A stretch of DNA of 64,000 bases from Bacteroidota bacterium (GCA_039714775.1 JBDLIQ010000005.1:923-64922), one strand, 5' to 3'; shown: positions 48,876 to 59,438, counted from the first letter of the stretch. A program made the numbers and translations. The notes: a model not told the origin generated them from the letters alone.

Positions 48876-48910
48876 ATCCCGGCTTACTAAATGCCGGGAT
48901 TTTCTGTTTT
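48876..48910 (+). terminator. Rho-independent terminator downstream of the amr operon
   Basis: Stem ATCCCGGC, 9-nt loop, stem GCCGGGAT, followed by TTTCTGTTTTT. Confidence 0.7.
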
Positions 48911-49035
48911 TAAATAAATCTTTGATAATGTAGTCGTTAGCGCATTTCTCATCTTTTTATTTCATGCTTTCTCATTTTTGGCATTGATTTTGAATTTATA
49001 TCATCAAAGATGTCAAACATTAAAACCTGGAAATC

Positions 49036-50154
49036 ATGAAAACAGCAAAATACATAGCCGCAACAACAATGGCACTGCTGATTGGTTTTACCAACATGCA
49101 GGGACAGAGACCAGCACGCAGTGGATCTCAAACAAATAACAAGAGGGAGCAGACCACTGTAAGAAAATCAACCAAACCACAGGCTGCGCCGCAACGGACA
49201 AAGGTCCAGCGGACAGATCCTAAGGTGCAGCGACAACCTGCGAGAACTCAAACTGCCAGGGTAAAACAGAATACAACCCAGGCACAGAGGCAACCTGCAA
49301 GGACTCAAACTGCCAGGCCCCAGGCACAGAGGCAACCTGCGAGAACTCAAACTGCCAGGCCCCAGGCACAGAGGCAACCTGCGAGAACTCATACTGCCAG
49401 GCCCCAGGCACAGAAGCAACCTGCAAGGACCCGGGAGACTACTTCTAATGTGCAGCGTGGACGTACACCGAAGCAACAGGCTGTACACAAAGAGAGACCC
49501 GTGAGTATCAGCACAACCAATAATCCAAGATCCAAATACCGGAAGCCTGAAACAAAGGTCTATGCCAAGCATAACCCCAGCGGCCATGTAAAGCACAATA
49601 AATACACGACAAAACGCTATTACAGTGGGAATCACTACCACCACGTGCGCCCTTCCGGAAGGATACATGTTCACTACCATCACGATACATATCTACACAA
49701 CTACCATGTACTTTACTATCCGGCATACCACGAGATCTACTGGACACACAACATGTACCGTGACTACCACCGCTGGTACCCAAATTACTACTGGACCTAT
49801 GAATGGGGACACAGAATTCGTACCATCTCGGTCTTTGATGCCAAATACAACATGGGTGAGGTGGCTACGGTATACGGCAGGGTTTATGCCACCTGGTACA
49901 ACAGGGATACGGACGACTACCTGCTCTTTTTCGGGGGAGACTACCCCAACCAGCAGTTCACCATGGTGGTGCCCGGGCGAATTGCAAGAAAATTCAACAG
50001 AAGGCCGGAGCGCTACTTCTTAGGGGAACACATGACTGTCACCGGGTTGATCACCACCTACGACGGGATTCCCGAGATCATTGTGAAGAACAGGCGACAG
50101 GTAGGGCTCTACTACAACACAGGCATCAGAGGAAATTATTCAGCACGCAGATAA
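49036..50154 (+). CDS. Secreted repeat protein: basic QRQPARTQTARPQA repeats, a His/Tyr-rich segment and an uncharacterised C-terminal domain
   Basis: Signal peptide MKTAKYIAATTMALLIGFTNMQG, 14-aa tandem repeats, the segment HYHHVRPSGRIHVHYHHDTYLHNYH..., and no recognised catalytic motif. Confidence 0.65.
   Translation: MKTAKYIAATTMALLIGFTNMQGQRPARSGSQTNNKREQTTVRKSTKPQAAPQRTKVQRTDPKVQRQPARTQTARVKQNTTQAQRQPARTQTARPQAQRQPARTQTARPQAQRQPARTHTARPQAQKQPARTRETTSNVQRGRTPKQQAVHKERPVSISTTNNPRSKYRKPETKVYAKHNPSGHVKHNKYTTKRYYSGNHYHHVRPSGRIHVHYHHDTYLHNYHVLYYPAYHEIYWTHNMYRDYHRWYPNYYWTYEWGHRIRTISVFDAKYNMGEVATVYGRVYATWYNRDTDDYLLFFGGDYPNQQFTMVVPGRIARKFNRRPERYFLGEHMTVTGLITTYDGIPEIIVKNRRQVGLYYNTGIRGNYSARR
49225..49434 (+). 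repeat. In-frame 42-bp tandem repeat (three full units plus partial flanking units)
   Basis: The units at 49279-49320, 49321-49362 and 49363-49404 differ at 1-3 positions. Partial units lie at 49225-49260 and 49405-49430. Confidence 0.9.
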
Positions 50155-50168
50155 TCAGACAATAGCGC

Positions 50169-50208
50169 AAAAAACCGCCCCGGGATTAAACCGGGGCGGT
50201 TTTTTTTT
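50169..50208. terminator. Bidirectional rho-independent terminator between convergent genes
   Basis: AAAAAA, stem CCGCCCCGG, 7-nt loop, stem CCGGGGCGG, then TTTTTTTTT. Confidence 0.8.
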
Positions 50209-50285
50209 GTGTGCCCGGCAGGGCACTGATACCAGGAGGTGCAAGTCCCGGGCGGGCCAGGGGTTGAGAGGAACCGCTCTTCACT

Positions 50286-51182
50286 CTACAGGGGCACCAT
50301 GGTGGATGCCCTTTCGATGGAGTAGGCTGTAAAGAAGCCCATGGCCCCGTTGTCGATGTTTGAGCGGACATTGGCAGGCGGACCTGAAAACATGGGGCTA
50401 GTCTCGTAGATCTCCAGTTGTGCATCGATGACAAAGTTGTAGTAATCTTTCTCAATGCTGTTCAGCTCAAGGGTTACCGTATCGCCCGGCAGCAGTTGTT
50501 CCCTGGGCTCGTCATCTGCATAGAATCCGATAGGAATTCCGTAGTAGAGGTACTTTCCGTTGTAGAAATCATCGGGTTGCACATTGTATTTGATCAGCGA
50601 ATCGCTAAGCAGGTCACTGTTCTTCCAGTATTTTAATCCATACCAGTCTCTCGTTGGCGGGTCCAGGGCATACATATAGAGCTCATATCCGTTTACAAAA
50701 TAGGAGGTGAAGTAATTGATCCGGATGGAATCGAGCAGAACTCCGCCGGGCATGGTGCTGCTTGCATGGTACGACTCCCTCTCCCCGTCCTGGTCAATAT
50801 CGACCTGGCTGATATGTAGCTCATAGGTGGTGCCGATGACTCCCCTGAAGGCTTCAGGGGCCAGGTACCAGCCAGGGATTGTATCATGCTCCTCCAAAAG
50901 GAGGCGTGTCTCCTTAAACTCCAGCTCAACCACAGCGCCGGAAACAGCAGGCGGGGATTGATTTGAGAAATAGTCACTCGTTGTGGTGAGTTGCACCGCG
51001 TGACAGACCGAATCGGTAGTGACTGTGCCCTCTACAACCAGCCTTGTGTAGGTGGAATCAAGTTCTATCTCAATGATCTCAGTGCATGAGTTGAGCATGG
51101 TAAGGAAGATGAACAGGGAGAACAGAAGAGGTGGTATTGATCTCACTGCCTGACGGAACCCTATGTGGAATCGCAGCTTCAT
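50286..51182 (-). CDS. DUF4249-like lipoprotein (partner of the upstream TonB-dependent receptor)
   Basis: Lipobox LTMLNSC. The size and the position immediately after a CarboxypepD_reg-type TonB-dependent receptor fit this family. The start overlaps the receptor stop by 1 nt. Confidence 0.65.
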   Translation of the reverse strand: MKLRFHIGFRQAVRSIPPLLFSLFIFLTMLNSCTEIIEIELDSTYTRLVVEGTVTTDSVCHAVQLTTTSDYFSNQSPPAVSGAVVELEFKETRLLLEEHDTIPGWYLAPEAFRGVIGTTYELHISQVDIDQDGERESYHASSTMPGGVLLDSIRINYFTSYFVNGYELYMYALDPPTRDWYGLKYWKNSDLLSDSLIKYNVQPDDFYNGKYLYYGIPIGFYADDEPREQLLPGDTVTLELNSIEKDYYNFVIDAQLEIYETSPMFSGPPANVRSNIDNGAMGFFTAYSIERASTMVPL

Positions 51183-53527
51183 CAGAACTTAAAATTATAG
51201 GTGATGGCGGGAAGAATCGAGAAAAGGTAGGTCATCTCGGCATGGGTTATATTGGGATCGTTCTCATCCTGGATAAAATTGAGGGTCCATATATTTTTTC
51301 GAGCGTAGGCGTTGTAAACAGAGAGGTTCCATTCGCCGTAAAACCGTTTCCCAGGCTTCCTCTTATCCTTTAGAGTAAATGACAAATCGAGTCTGTGGTA
51401 GTCGGGCAGGCGGTATTCGTTCCGGCCCGTATAGAGCGGCAGGATGTTACCGCCTATTTCATACCGGCCCGAAGGTAGTGTAAAGGGGATTCCGCTGCTG
51501 TAGACCCAGTTTGCCCCCACCCCGATCCTTGGGGTGATGTCGTAGCTGAAGACCAGGGCCAGGTCATGTGGTTTGTCGTATGGGGCCGGATAGGGCTTAC
51601 CCCCATTGATCTCCGGGATATCCTTGGTGGTCTTTGACAAGGTATAGCTCACCCATCCCGAGATCTTCGAAAGTTCATAGCGCAGATAGAGTTCGGCACC
51701 GTAAGAGGTGGCTTCCCCAACACGCATTTCACCCTCCAGCATTGGATTCAGCATTAACTGCGCGTGGTCCCTGAAATCGATGGTGTTACTCATCTCCTTA
51801 TAATAGAGCTCCACCGATGTCTCAATTTTATTATCAAAGAAGTTCCTGAAATAGCCGGCCGATACCTGGTCCGACAGCTGCGGAGCGATGTTGGGCGAAG
51901 CAGGGAACCAGATATCAAGCGGAGTTCCTGCCGCTGAATTGCTGGCCATCTGAAGGTACTGCCGGGTTCGTGAGTAACTGGCCTTTAAAGAGCTTGCTTC
52001 ATTAAGAAGATAGTTGACAGCCAGCCTGGGTTCAACTCCACCGTAATGGTTGAAAAAATCGCCACGTTCGTAGCTTGTGGAGTCAGTCACTTCGTATTCC
52101 TGGTTATAGGTGAACAGCGTGGCCGGACCCACATTTTGAAACATGGAGTACCTGACCCCGTATCGCAGGGCAATATGTTTACCAATTTTCGATTCACCCG
52201 ACAGGTACAATCCGGTCTCAAATGCATGATTATGTGATAATTCCGATTTTGAGTTACCCCCATTCTCATCATTTACGGTAATTACACCGGGCTTGATGAT
52301 GTGGTAGGTGCCGGAGCCTCCGAACTTGAATGTATGGTCCGGAATGGGATACCAGATGAAATCACCCTTTCCACCGTAGTCCTCCAGGAAGGAGACCCAG
52401 CTAAAGAGTGGTTGTGAACCCTCCGGAGTTCCCAGGTCATAGAAGTAGTGGGAGTTCAGAAGGGTAAAGTTGCTGAATAGTTTTTTACTGAATAGGTGGT
52501 TCCAGCGAAGGGAGAATGTGCGGTTCCCGAAGCTCATTCCGGCAAAATCGTTGGCAAAGATGTCTTTGCCGGAGTATCCTGACAGGAAAATCCGGTTATT
52601 GTCGTTGATTGTGTATTTGAACTTACCGTTCAGATCATAGAAGTAGAGTTTGCTCCCCCTCATGGCTGAATCTTTTGCAAAAGCAAGGAAAATATCGGCA
52701 TAGGTACGCCTGCCGGAGAGAAGAAATGAGGCTCTCTTGTTGAACAGGGGCCCTTCCAGGGTGAGCCGGCTGGAGATGCTCCCGATTCCGCCTGTGGCAC
52801 TGAACTGCTTGTTGTTCCCGTCTTTCATCCTGATATCGAGCAGGGAGGCCAGCCTGCCGCCTGAACTTGCCGGGATATCGCCTTTATAGAGTTTGACATC
52901 CTTGATGGCATCGTTGTTAAAGACAGAGAAGAATCCCATCAGGTGAGAGGCATTGTAGACGGTGGCCTCGTCAAGCAGAATCAGGTTCTGGTCGGGAGTT
53001 CCACCCCTTACACTGAACCCTGAGGAGCCTTCACTGGTCACCTGAACCCCCGGCAACAGCTGTATGGCTTTGATCACGTCAACCTCACCCATAAATGCAG
53101 GTATCTTTCGGATGGATTGAATGGGCAGGCGGACCGATCCTGTTTCGACCCTGGTGATGTTGGCATTTCCTGCTTCGGCCGTGATGGTCACCTCCTCCAG
53201 CTCCTGGGCAGATTCCACCAGATCGATACTCAGCTCCATCTCCCTGTCCAGGTTAAGAGGCAGATTAACTGTTACATAGCCTATATATGAGCAGATCAGT
53301 GTATAGCTGCCCTGATCCACAGAAAGGGCATAGTAGCCGTAGGTATTGGTAACAGTTCCTGACCCGGTTTCCATGATGATCACATTGGCTCCGATCAGCT
53401 CCTCCCCTGTGGCAGCATCCCGCACATACCCGCTCACCACCACCTTCCCGGCCATTTCAAAGGCCGGTAAAAGCAGGAGGAGCAGGAGGAGCAGGCAGGA
53501 TTTTGTCACTTTCACTTTCACTTTCAC
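51182..53527 (-). CDS. TonB-dependent receptor with an N-terminal carboxypeptidase-regulatory-like domain
   Basis: VSGYVRDAATGEELIGANVII, a plug domain, a long beta-barrel, and a C-terminal aromatic residue (..ITYNFKF). GTG start within an (AAAGTG)n run. Confidence 0.88.
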   Translation of the reverse strand: MKVKVKVTKSCLLLLLLLLLPAFEMAGKVVVSGYVRDAATGEELIGANVIIMETGSGTVTNTYGYYALSVDQGSYTLICSYIGYVTVNLPLNLDREMELSIDLVESAQELEEVTITAEAGNANITRVETGSVRLPIQSIRKIPAFMGEVDVIKAIQLLPGVQVTSEGSSGFSVRGGTPDQNLILLDEATVYNASHLMGFFSVFNNDAIKDVKLYKGDIPASSGGRLASLLDIRMKDGNNKQFSATGGIGSISSRLTLEGPLFNKRASFLLSGRRTYADIFLAFAKDSAMRGSKLYFYDLNGKFKYTINDNNRIFLSGYSGKDIFANDFAGMSFGNRTFSLRWNHLFSKKLFSNFTLLNSHYFYDLGTPEGSQPLFSWVSFLEDYGGKGDFIWYPIPDHTFKFGGSGTYHIIKPGVITVNDENGGNSKSELSHNHAFETGLYLSGESKIGKHIALRYGVRYSMFQNVGPATLFTYNQEYEVTDSTSYERGDFFNHYGGVEPRLAVNYLLNEASSLKASYSRTRQYLQMASNSAAGTPLDIWFPASPNIAPQLSDQVSAGYFRNFFDNKIETSVELYYKEMSNTIDFRDHAQLMLNPMLEGEMRVGEATSYGAELYLRYELSKISGWVSYTLSKTTKDIPEINGGKPYPAPYDKPHDLALVFSYDITPRIGVGANWVYSSGIPFTLPSGRYEIGGNILPLYTGRNEYRLPDYHRLDLSFTLKDKRKPGKRFYGEWNLSVYNAYARKNIWTLNFIQDENDPNITHAEMTYLFSILPAITYNFKF

Positions 53528-53842
53528 TTACAGGACGATAAACACATTGAAATTAAAGACAACTGGAATTACGGTTTGTTGCATGTCACGCATACAAAGT
53601 ATATGAAATTTATATAAAAGGAGTAAAAACCCACGTTTATCAGGTATGCGGATGATCGCTTTGATGATTGTTTCTATGGTTACCGTTACCCTCGGCTCAT
53701 CACTTCTGGCCCAAAAGTAAATAACTACCGGCAGGTATCAGCATCGCTCTCCTACCCCGTGGGGCGGATCTTTGACCTGCTGGCTGGGGCTGGCTCACTT
53801 CTGGAATAACAAACCGGGACGGAAGATTGCTTCAATTGCCTG

Positions 53843-55342
53843 TCAGACGATCTGGCTCATGGCATCGATAAAGGCTTCGACCGATGCAGTGACAATGTCT
53901 GTGGAGGCTGAGAAGCCGTAGTAGACCACATTTTTGTGTTCGAGCTGCATATGCACCTTGCCCATATCGTCGCTGCCCCTGGTGATGGCCTGGATCAGGA
54001 ACTCTTCGATCCGCACCTTTTTCTTCAGAATCCCCTTTACCGCGGTGATGGCGGCATCTACCGGTCCGTTTCCAGTCCCTGTGGCCGTATGGCAATCACC
54101 ATCCCATTTAAGTCTGACTGTGGCCACAGGATCGGTCCCTTTTCCACAGAGTACCTGCAGGCCCTCAAGGTGCAGGTTTCTCTGCACATCGCGTGAACTG
54201 GCTCCGGCCAACATCTTCAGATCCTCGTCAACAACCTCCTTCTTTGAATCGGCCAGCTTGATAAACTCATCATAGATGCCGTCAAGTGCCTTCTTTGTGA
54301 AGGTGTAACCCAGCTTCTCCAGTCTGTGCTTAAGGGCAGCCCTTCCGCTTCGGGCGGTGAGCAAAATGGAAGATTCAGTGATTCCCACTGTCTTCGGGTT
54401 GATGATCTCGTAGTTCTCACGCTTCTTCAAGACCCCATCCTGATGGATTCCCGATGAGTGTGCGAATGCATTCCTTCCGACGATCGCTTTGTTGGGCTGA
54501 ACCGGCATGCGCATCAGTGTGGAGACCAGCCTGCTGGTTCGATGGATCTTCCTGGCATTAATATTGGAAATAAGATTCAGGTGTTTGCGGCTCTTCATAA
54601 TCATGGCAACCTCCTCAAGAGAGGTGTTTCCTGCCCGCTCACCAATTCCATTGATGGTCACCTCAACCTGCCGGGCGCCGTTGATCACACCGCTCATGGT
54701 ATTGGCAGTGGCCATACCCAGGTCATTGTGACAATGGGTGGATATAACCGCTTTGTCGATATTGGAGACGTGATCCATCAGGTACTTGATCTTCTTTCCA
54801 TACTCATCAGGCAATGTATAACCTGTGGTATCGGGGATATTCACCACAGTTGCACCTGCAGCGATCACCGCTTCGATCACGCTGGCCAGGTACTTGTTCT
54901 CGGACCTGCCTGCATCCTCCGCGTAAAACTCCACATCCTCCACAAAGGACTTGGCATATTTCACTGCCTCAACACCTCTTTGCAACACCTCCTCGGGTGT
55001 ACTGTTTAACTTATGGTGAATGTGATAGTAGGAGGTTCCTATCCCTGTGTGTATCCTTGCGCGTTTTGCAAACTTCAGCGATTCGGCTGCCACCTCAATG
55101 TCCTTCTTTACAGCCCTGGTAAGACCGCAGATGGTAGGTTCAGTGACTGCCTTGCTGATCTCAACCACCGAGTTAAAGTCACCCGGGCTCGAGATGGGGA
55201 ATCCTGCCTCTATGACGTCAACTCCAAGCTCCTCAAGTGCCTTTGCTACTTCAATCTTCTCAATGGTATTTAACTGGCATCCGGGAACCTGCTCTCCATC
55301 CCTCAGGGTGGTGTCAAATATGTATACGCGATCTTTGGCCAT
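53843..55342 (-). CDS. leuA: 2-isopropylmalate synthase
   Basis: [25 protein letters not shown], and a C-terminal LeuA dimerisation/regulatory domain. I prefer the start MAKDR (55342). Confidence 0.93.
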   Translation of the reverse strand: MAKDRVYIFDTTLRDGEQVPGCQLNTIEKIEVAKALEELGVDVIEAGFPISSPGDFNSVVEISKAVTEPTICGLTRAVKKDIEVAAESLKFAKRARIHTGIGTSYYHIHHKLNSTPEEVLQRGVEAVKYAKSFVEDVEFYAEDAGRSENKYLASVIEAVIAAGATVVNIPDTTGYTLPDEYGKKIKYLMDHVSNIDKAVISTHCHNDLGMATANTMSGVINGARQVEVTINGIGERAGNTSLEEVAMIMKSRKHLNLISNINARKIHRTSRLVSTLMRMPVQPNKAIVGRNAFAHSSGIHQDGVLKKRENYEIINPKTVGITESSILLTARSGRAALKHRLEKLGYTFTKKALDGIYDEFIKLADSKKEVVDEDLKMLAGASSRDVQRNLHLEGLQVLCGKGTDPVATVRLKWDGDCHTATGTGNGPVDAAITAVKGILKKKVRIEEFLIQAITRGSDDMGKVHMQLEHKNVVYYGFSASTDIVTASVEAFIDAMSQIV

Positions 55343-55506
55343 GGTTGTATTGGTTTTCGTGTCTGAATCCCGCTCGCATATCAGTGTTGCTGCCTGGAGC
55401 GTCAATTACATCACAAAAAAACAAATAAAATGCAACATATGCTATTCAACATATATTATTATTGGACATAGGGCATATTATTTCCGGACCGGGGGTGGTC
55501 CGATGC

Positions 55507-56019
55507 TCAGGAGAACTCCTTTTTCAGCTGTTCAACCCAGCCATTAATGCGCTCTTTGATCATGGAGCCCTGGTTTTCATAATCGATAGCCAGTCCTGCG
55601 AACTGATCACCCCGCTGAGCCCGGGAGCTTTCAAATTCGTACCCTTCAACCGATGTAAACCCTGTCAGTATGGCTCCCTGCCCTTCCAGTATCTCAGCCA
55701 GGAGTCCCACACCATCGATGAAGTTCTCAGGATAACCCTTCTGGTCACCCAATCCAAACAGGGCGATTTTCTTACCTTTCATATCCAGCTCCTCCATGGC
55801 TGGAACAAATTCATCCCAGTGGTTGGGCAACTCCCCGTCAAACCAGGTGGCCGTCCCCATAATGATCTGATCAAAAGAGGCAAACAGCTCTTCTGTAAGG
55901 GTCTCTGCATTAACCATCTCCATCTCCATCTCAACATCATTGAAGGCTTTATGGATCTGCTCTGCCACTATCCCTGTATTCTTTGTATTGAAACTGTAGA
56001 TGATTGCACTCCTTTTCAT
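55507..56019 (-). CDS. fldA: Flavodoxin (long-chain type)
   Basis: 170 aa. IIYSFNTKNTG, IIMGTATWFDGELPNHW and IALFGLGDQ. It starts 10 nt after the E1 stop. Confidence 0.85.
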   Translation of the reverse strand: MKRSAIIYSFNTKNTGIVAEQIHKAFNDVEMEMEMVNAETLTEELFASFDQIIMGTATWFDGELPNHWDEFVPAMEELDMKGKKIALFGLGDQKGYPENFIDGVGLLAEILEGQGAILTGFTSVEGYEFESSRAQRGDQFAGLAIDYENQGSMIKERINGWVEQLKKEFS

Positions 56020-56029
56020 GCTTTCTGTT

Positions 56030-58099
56030 TTAGTAGTTTAACAGCTCCCTGACCGCCTCTTCTATCCGTTTAAGATCGGGGAGTGTGGCAGTCTCCAGGA
56101 TCCGGTTGAATCCCACAGGGGTGAATGTGGACCCCACCCTTCTCACGGGTCCGTCCAGGTACTCAAATGCCAGGTCGTTGATCAGCGCAACCACTTCGCC
56201 TCCAAAACCACCAAAGATTTTATCTTCGTGGACCACAAGGGCCTTTCCCGTCTTCTTTACCGTGGCCACAATGGCACTGGTATCCAGCGGACTAAGTGAT
56301 CTGAGGTCCAGCACATCCAGGCTGGCAACGCCCTCCTCACGCAACTTCATGGCAAGCTCCACACACATAGGAGTTGTATTCCCGTAGGTGATCAGGCTCA
56401 GGTCGGATCCCTCACCTCTTAACCGTGCTTTTCCAAAGGGGACCTCAAAGTCGTCAGGGATCGGGGTGGCCGCTTTAGGTGCATTGTAGAGCGCTTTTGG
56501 CTCCAGGAAAAGTGTCATGCCACGGGAACGCATGCTGGTTCGAAGCAGTCCGGCCGCATCATCGGCATAGCTGGGATAAACCACCCTGACACCGGGCAGT
56601 GAGGTGAGGGATCCCTCAATGGTCTGGGAGTGGTAGAGACCTCCGCCAATGTATCCACCCGAGGCAAGCCGGACCGTGATATTGGGAGAAAACTGTCCCC
56701 TGGTGCGCCAGTATTCGTGTGTGGTCTCCACAAACTGCTCCATGGCCGGCCAGAAGTAATCTGCAAACTCGGCCCCCTCCACAACAATGCGGAGCTTGTC
56801 GTTGAAACGGCTCATCCCGTTGGCGGTTCCCATGATATAATCCTCGGCAATTGGACCATTGAAAACCCGCTCCCTGCCAAACTCCTGCTGCATGCCCTTG
56901 GTGACGTTAAAGATCCCACCCTTCTCCTTGTTGGCCACATCCTGGCCCCAGATGAAGGTGTCGGGATTCATCCTGAACTCAGCCTTTAACGTCTCATTAA
57001 GTCCATCGATCATTTTTTTTGGTTCCCCCTCAAAGGTGTGTACTCCTTCGGGATACTTTTCGCTTATATAGGGGTCGGGGATGACGAACTCATGGACCGA
57101 TTCGGGTGTGGGCTGTGGCGCTTTCATACCCACCCTGTGTGCAGCTTTGACAACCTCCATGGCCTCTCTCTCCATGGTTTCGATCTCCGCTTCGGTAAAC
57201 CGCTCGTATCTGAGCAGAAGGCGCCTGTACCTGGCCAGGGGATCATAAGCATGCACATAGTTCATCTCATAATCGTCGCGATAGAGCTCATGCCGGTCAG
57301 AATTTGAATGGGAATGGATCCTTACGCAATTAGCCTGGACGATGACCGGGTGTTCATGTTCGGTCACATAAGCCTTGGCTTCGGTCAATACATTCATGCT
57401 GTCGAAGACATCTTTACCATTGCAATGGAATATTTTCAGGTTTTTAAATCCCGTGAAATTATTGGCTACCTTCCGGTTGGCGGTCTGGTCGGACTTGGGG
57501 ACAGAGATTCCGTACCCGTTGTCCTGGATCACAAAGATAACCGGCAACCTCTCTTTGGAGGCACCGTTGATGGCTTCATAAACATACCCTTCAGATACTG
57601 AAGATTCGCCCTGTGAAGAGATGGCAACCCCGGGAACCTTGTAATTTTTCATGGCCCTGGCCACTCCAACGGCATGCAGTGTATGGTTGCCTGTGCATGA
57701 TGATACATTGTGGATGTTCCATTCGGGCTTGGCAAAGTGGTTTGACATGTGCCGTCCGCCACCAGCCACGTCGGTATCTTTTGAAATTCCATTCAGAATA
57801 AGCTCTTCTGCACTCAATCCGGCCGAAAGGGTGGTGAGCATATCCCGGTAGTAGGGAAAGAGGTGGTCATGCTCCCTGTCAAAGAGCTGTCCGATTGCAA
57901 GCTGGATCCCGTCATGGCCGGCATAGGGTGCATGATAGGACCAGCCGATGGCCTGCTTCAGATAGTTGGGAGCCCTGTTGTCGATGGCGCGCCCCACCAG
58001 CATCAGTTTCAGCCATTTGGACAGGGTCTCCTTATCCGTTTTCTTTATGCTGTATTTAGCTTCGCTGTGCTCGCTGGCTCGATTTTTCTCTTTTGACAT
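56030..58099 (-). CDS. 2-oxoacid (branched-chain type) dehydrogenase E1 component, fused alpha/beta subunits
   Basis: A TPP-binding alpha half followed by a transketolase-like beta half in one ORF. An alternative start at 58138 would overlap the E2 gene by 23 nt. Confidence 0.88.
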   Translation of the reverse strand: MSKEKNRASEHSEAKYSIKKTDKETLSKWLKLMLVGRAIDNRAPNYLKQAIGWSYHAPYAGHDGIQLAIGQLFDREHDHLFPYYRDMLTTLSAGLSAEELILNGISKDTDVAGGGRHMSNHFAKPEWNIHNVSSCTGNHTLHAVGVARAMKNYKVPGVAISSQGESSVSEGYVYEAINGASKERLPVIFVIQDNGYGISVPKSDQTANRKVANNFTGFKNLKIFHCNGKDVFDSMNVLTEAKAYVTEHEHPVIVQANCVRIHSHSNSDRHELYRDDYEMNYVHAYDPLARYRRLLLRYERFTEAEIETMEREAMEVVKAAHRVGMKAPQPTPESVHEFVIPDPYISEKYPEGVHTFEGEPKKMIDGLNETLKAEFRMNPDTFIWGQDVANKEKGGIFNVTKGMQQEFGRERVFNGPIAEDYIMGTANGMSRFNDKLRIVVEGAEFADYFWPAMEQFVETTHEYWRTRGQFSPNITVRLASGGYIGGGLYHSQTIEGSLTSLPGVRVVYPSYADDAAGLLRTSMRSRGMTLFLEPKALYNAPKAATPIPDDFEVPFGKARLRGEGSDLSLITYGNTTPMCVELAMKLREEGVASLDVLDLRSLSPLDTSAIVATVKKTGKALVVHEDKIFGGFGGEVVALINDLAFEYLDGPVRRVGSTFTPVGFNRILETATLPDLKRIEEAVRELLNY

Positions 58100-58115
58100 G
58101 TTCTCTGGATGTTTT

Positions 58116-59438
58116 TTAGTAGCCCTCCTCCGCTTCAAACGATTCGATGTTATCTCCCAGCTGCTTCAGGAATGCGCCACCCAGGGCCCCGTCAATAATC
58201 CTGTGGTCATAGGTGAGTGACAACCACATTTTCTGCCTGATGGCAATCACATCTCCCTCTGCTGTCTCAAGTACTGCAGGCTTCTTCTTAATGGCTCCAA
58301 CGGCAAGTATGGCCACCTCTGGCTGATTAATAATGGGGGTTCCGATGTCGTTTTGGAAAGATCCGAAATTGGTCACCGTAAAGGTGCCTCCACTGATGTC
58401 GTCGGGTCCGAGCCTGTTGCTCCGGGCAGCCTGGGCCAGTTCATTCATACGTTTGGTGATCCCAGTAAGGCTGAGTGAAGCGGCATCCTTGATGTTTGGA
58501 ACGATCAGGTTGTTACCGGGCAGCGACACAGCGATTCCCAGGTTGATCCTTTTTTTGATGATGATTTTATCATCCTCCACAGATGCATTGATCTGCGGAT
58601 ATTCACGAAGTGTTTTCACCGTAGCCTCAAGAAAAACAGGCAGATAGGTGAGTTTGACACCCTCTCTCTTCTGGAATTCATCCTTCACCCTCTCTCTCCA
58701 CTTCACCACACCGGTCACATCCACCTCAATCATGTTGGTCACATGGGCCGACACCTGCTTTGAGTGGATCATATGCTGAGCAATCAGCTTTCGCATCCGG
58801 CTCATCTCAATGACCTCATCCCCCCGTTCGGTTGTCATCGCTGCCGACGCAGCGACTGATGGGGTTGATGCGGCGCCAACAGGTTTTTGAAGTGCAGGAT
58901 CGGATGGCAGGGTTTCTGCCGGATGGACAGCTCCCCTTTGTTCGAGAAATTTTAGTACATCCCTCTTCTGCACCCTTCCATGCAGTCCGCTGCCTGCAAT
59001 TGAATCAAGTGCTGCCTGGGAGATATTCTCCTCGCTGGCAATTTTTCTTACCAGGGGTGAATAGAATCGTTCTGCACCGGAGATAATCCCGGGGATTGGC
59101 CGCCTCTCTTCCGGCTCCTCATCCTTTCGGTCTGAACCAGGTGGTTCATCAATCTTCCCTGATTTAGTCTCCTCTCCAGCTTTGGATGAAGCCTCACCAT
59201 CCATATCGATGATGGCGATCACTGTGCCCACTGCCACTACTTCGTCCTGTTTGAACAGTATTTTTTTTACGACACCTTCGACCGGTGATGGTATTTCAGA
59301 ATCAACCTTGTCAGTGGCAATTTCAAGCAGGAGATCATCCTCTTCAACTTGATCATCCTCTTTTACAAACCACCTGGTAATGGTTGCCTCCTCAATACTC
59401 TCCCCCATCTTTGGCATGATGATATCAAAATTTGCCAT
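58116..59438 (-). CDS. Dihydrolipoamide acyltransferase (E2 component)
   Basis: Lipoyl domain with EIATDKV, a P/E-rich linker, a PSBD, and a catalytic domain with the DHRIIDG motif. Confidence 0.92.
   Translation of the reverse strand: MANFDIIMPKMGESIEEATITRWFVKEDDQVEEDDLLLEIATDKVDSEIPSPVEGVVKKILFKQDEVVAVGTVIAIIDMDGEASSKAGEETKSGKIDEPPGSDRKDEEPEERRPIPGIISGAERFYSPLVRKIASEENISQAALDSIAGSGLHGRVQKRDVLKFLEQRGAVHPAETLPSDPALQKPVGAASTPSVAASAAMTTERGDEVIEMSRMRKLIAQHMIHSKQVSAHVTNMIEVDVTGVVKWRERVKDEFQKREGVKLTYLPVFLEATVKTLREYPQINASVEDDKIIIKKRINLGIAVSLPGNNLIVPNIKDAASLSLTGITKRMNELAQAARSNRLGPDDISGGTFTVTNFGSFQNDIGTPIINQPEVAILAVGAIKKKPAVLETAEGDVIAIRQKMWLSLTYDHRIIDGALGGAFLKQLGDNIESFEAEEGY

Noticed and set aside
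49225-49434. Tandem repeats considered as a possible CRISPR array or satellite.
   Set aside because: The units are directly adjacent with no spacers and are in frame within a signal-peptide-bearing ORF. This is a coding tandem repeat.
53507-53529. (AAAGTG)n hexanucleotide run at the start of the TonB-dependent receptor gene, considered as a phase-variation switch.
   Set aside because: The repeat unit is 6 nt, so copy-number changes stay in frame and only add or remove Lys-Val at the extreme N-terminus. It mainly creates start-codon ambiguity between several GTG codons.
53646-53720. 24-codon hydrophobic ORF (MRMIALMIVSMVTVTLGSSLLAQK) between leuA and the TonB-dependent receptor gene.
   Set aside because: It is on the opposite strand to both neighbours, has no promoter or terminator signals, and is too short to evaluate. 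It is probably fortuitous.
55343-55506. A search for a Leu-rich leader peptide or attenuator upstream of leuA, by analogy with the trpB2 leader.
   Set aside because: The only short ORFs are MPYVQ and MLNSICCILFVFL, which have no run of Leu codons and no following terminator. The hairpin CGGACC-ACCCCC-GGUCCG directly follows the flavodoxin stop and is more likely the 3' structure of that gene.
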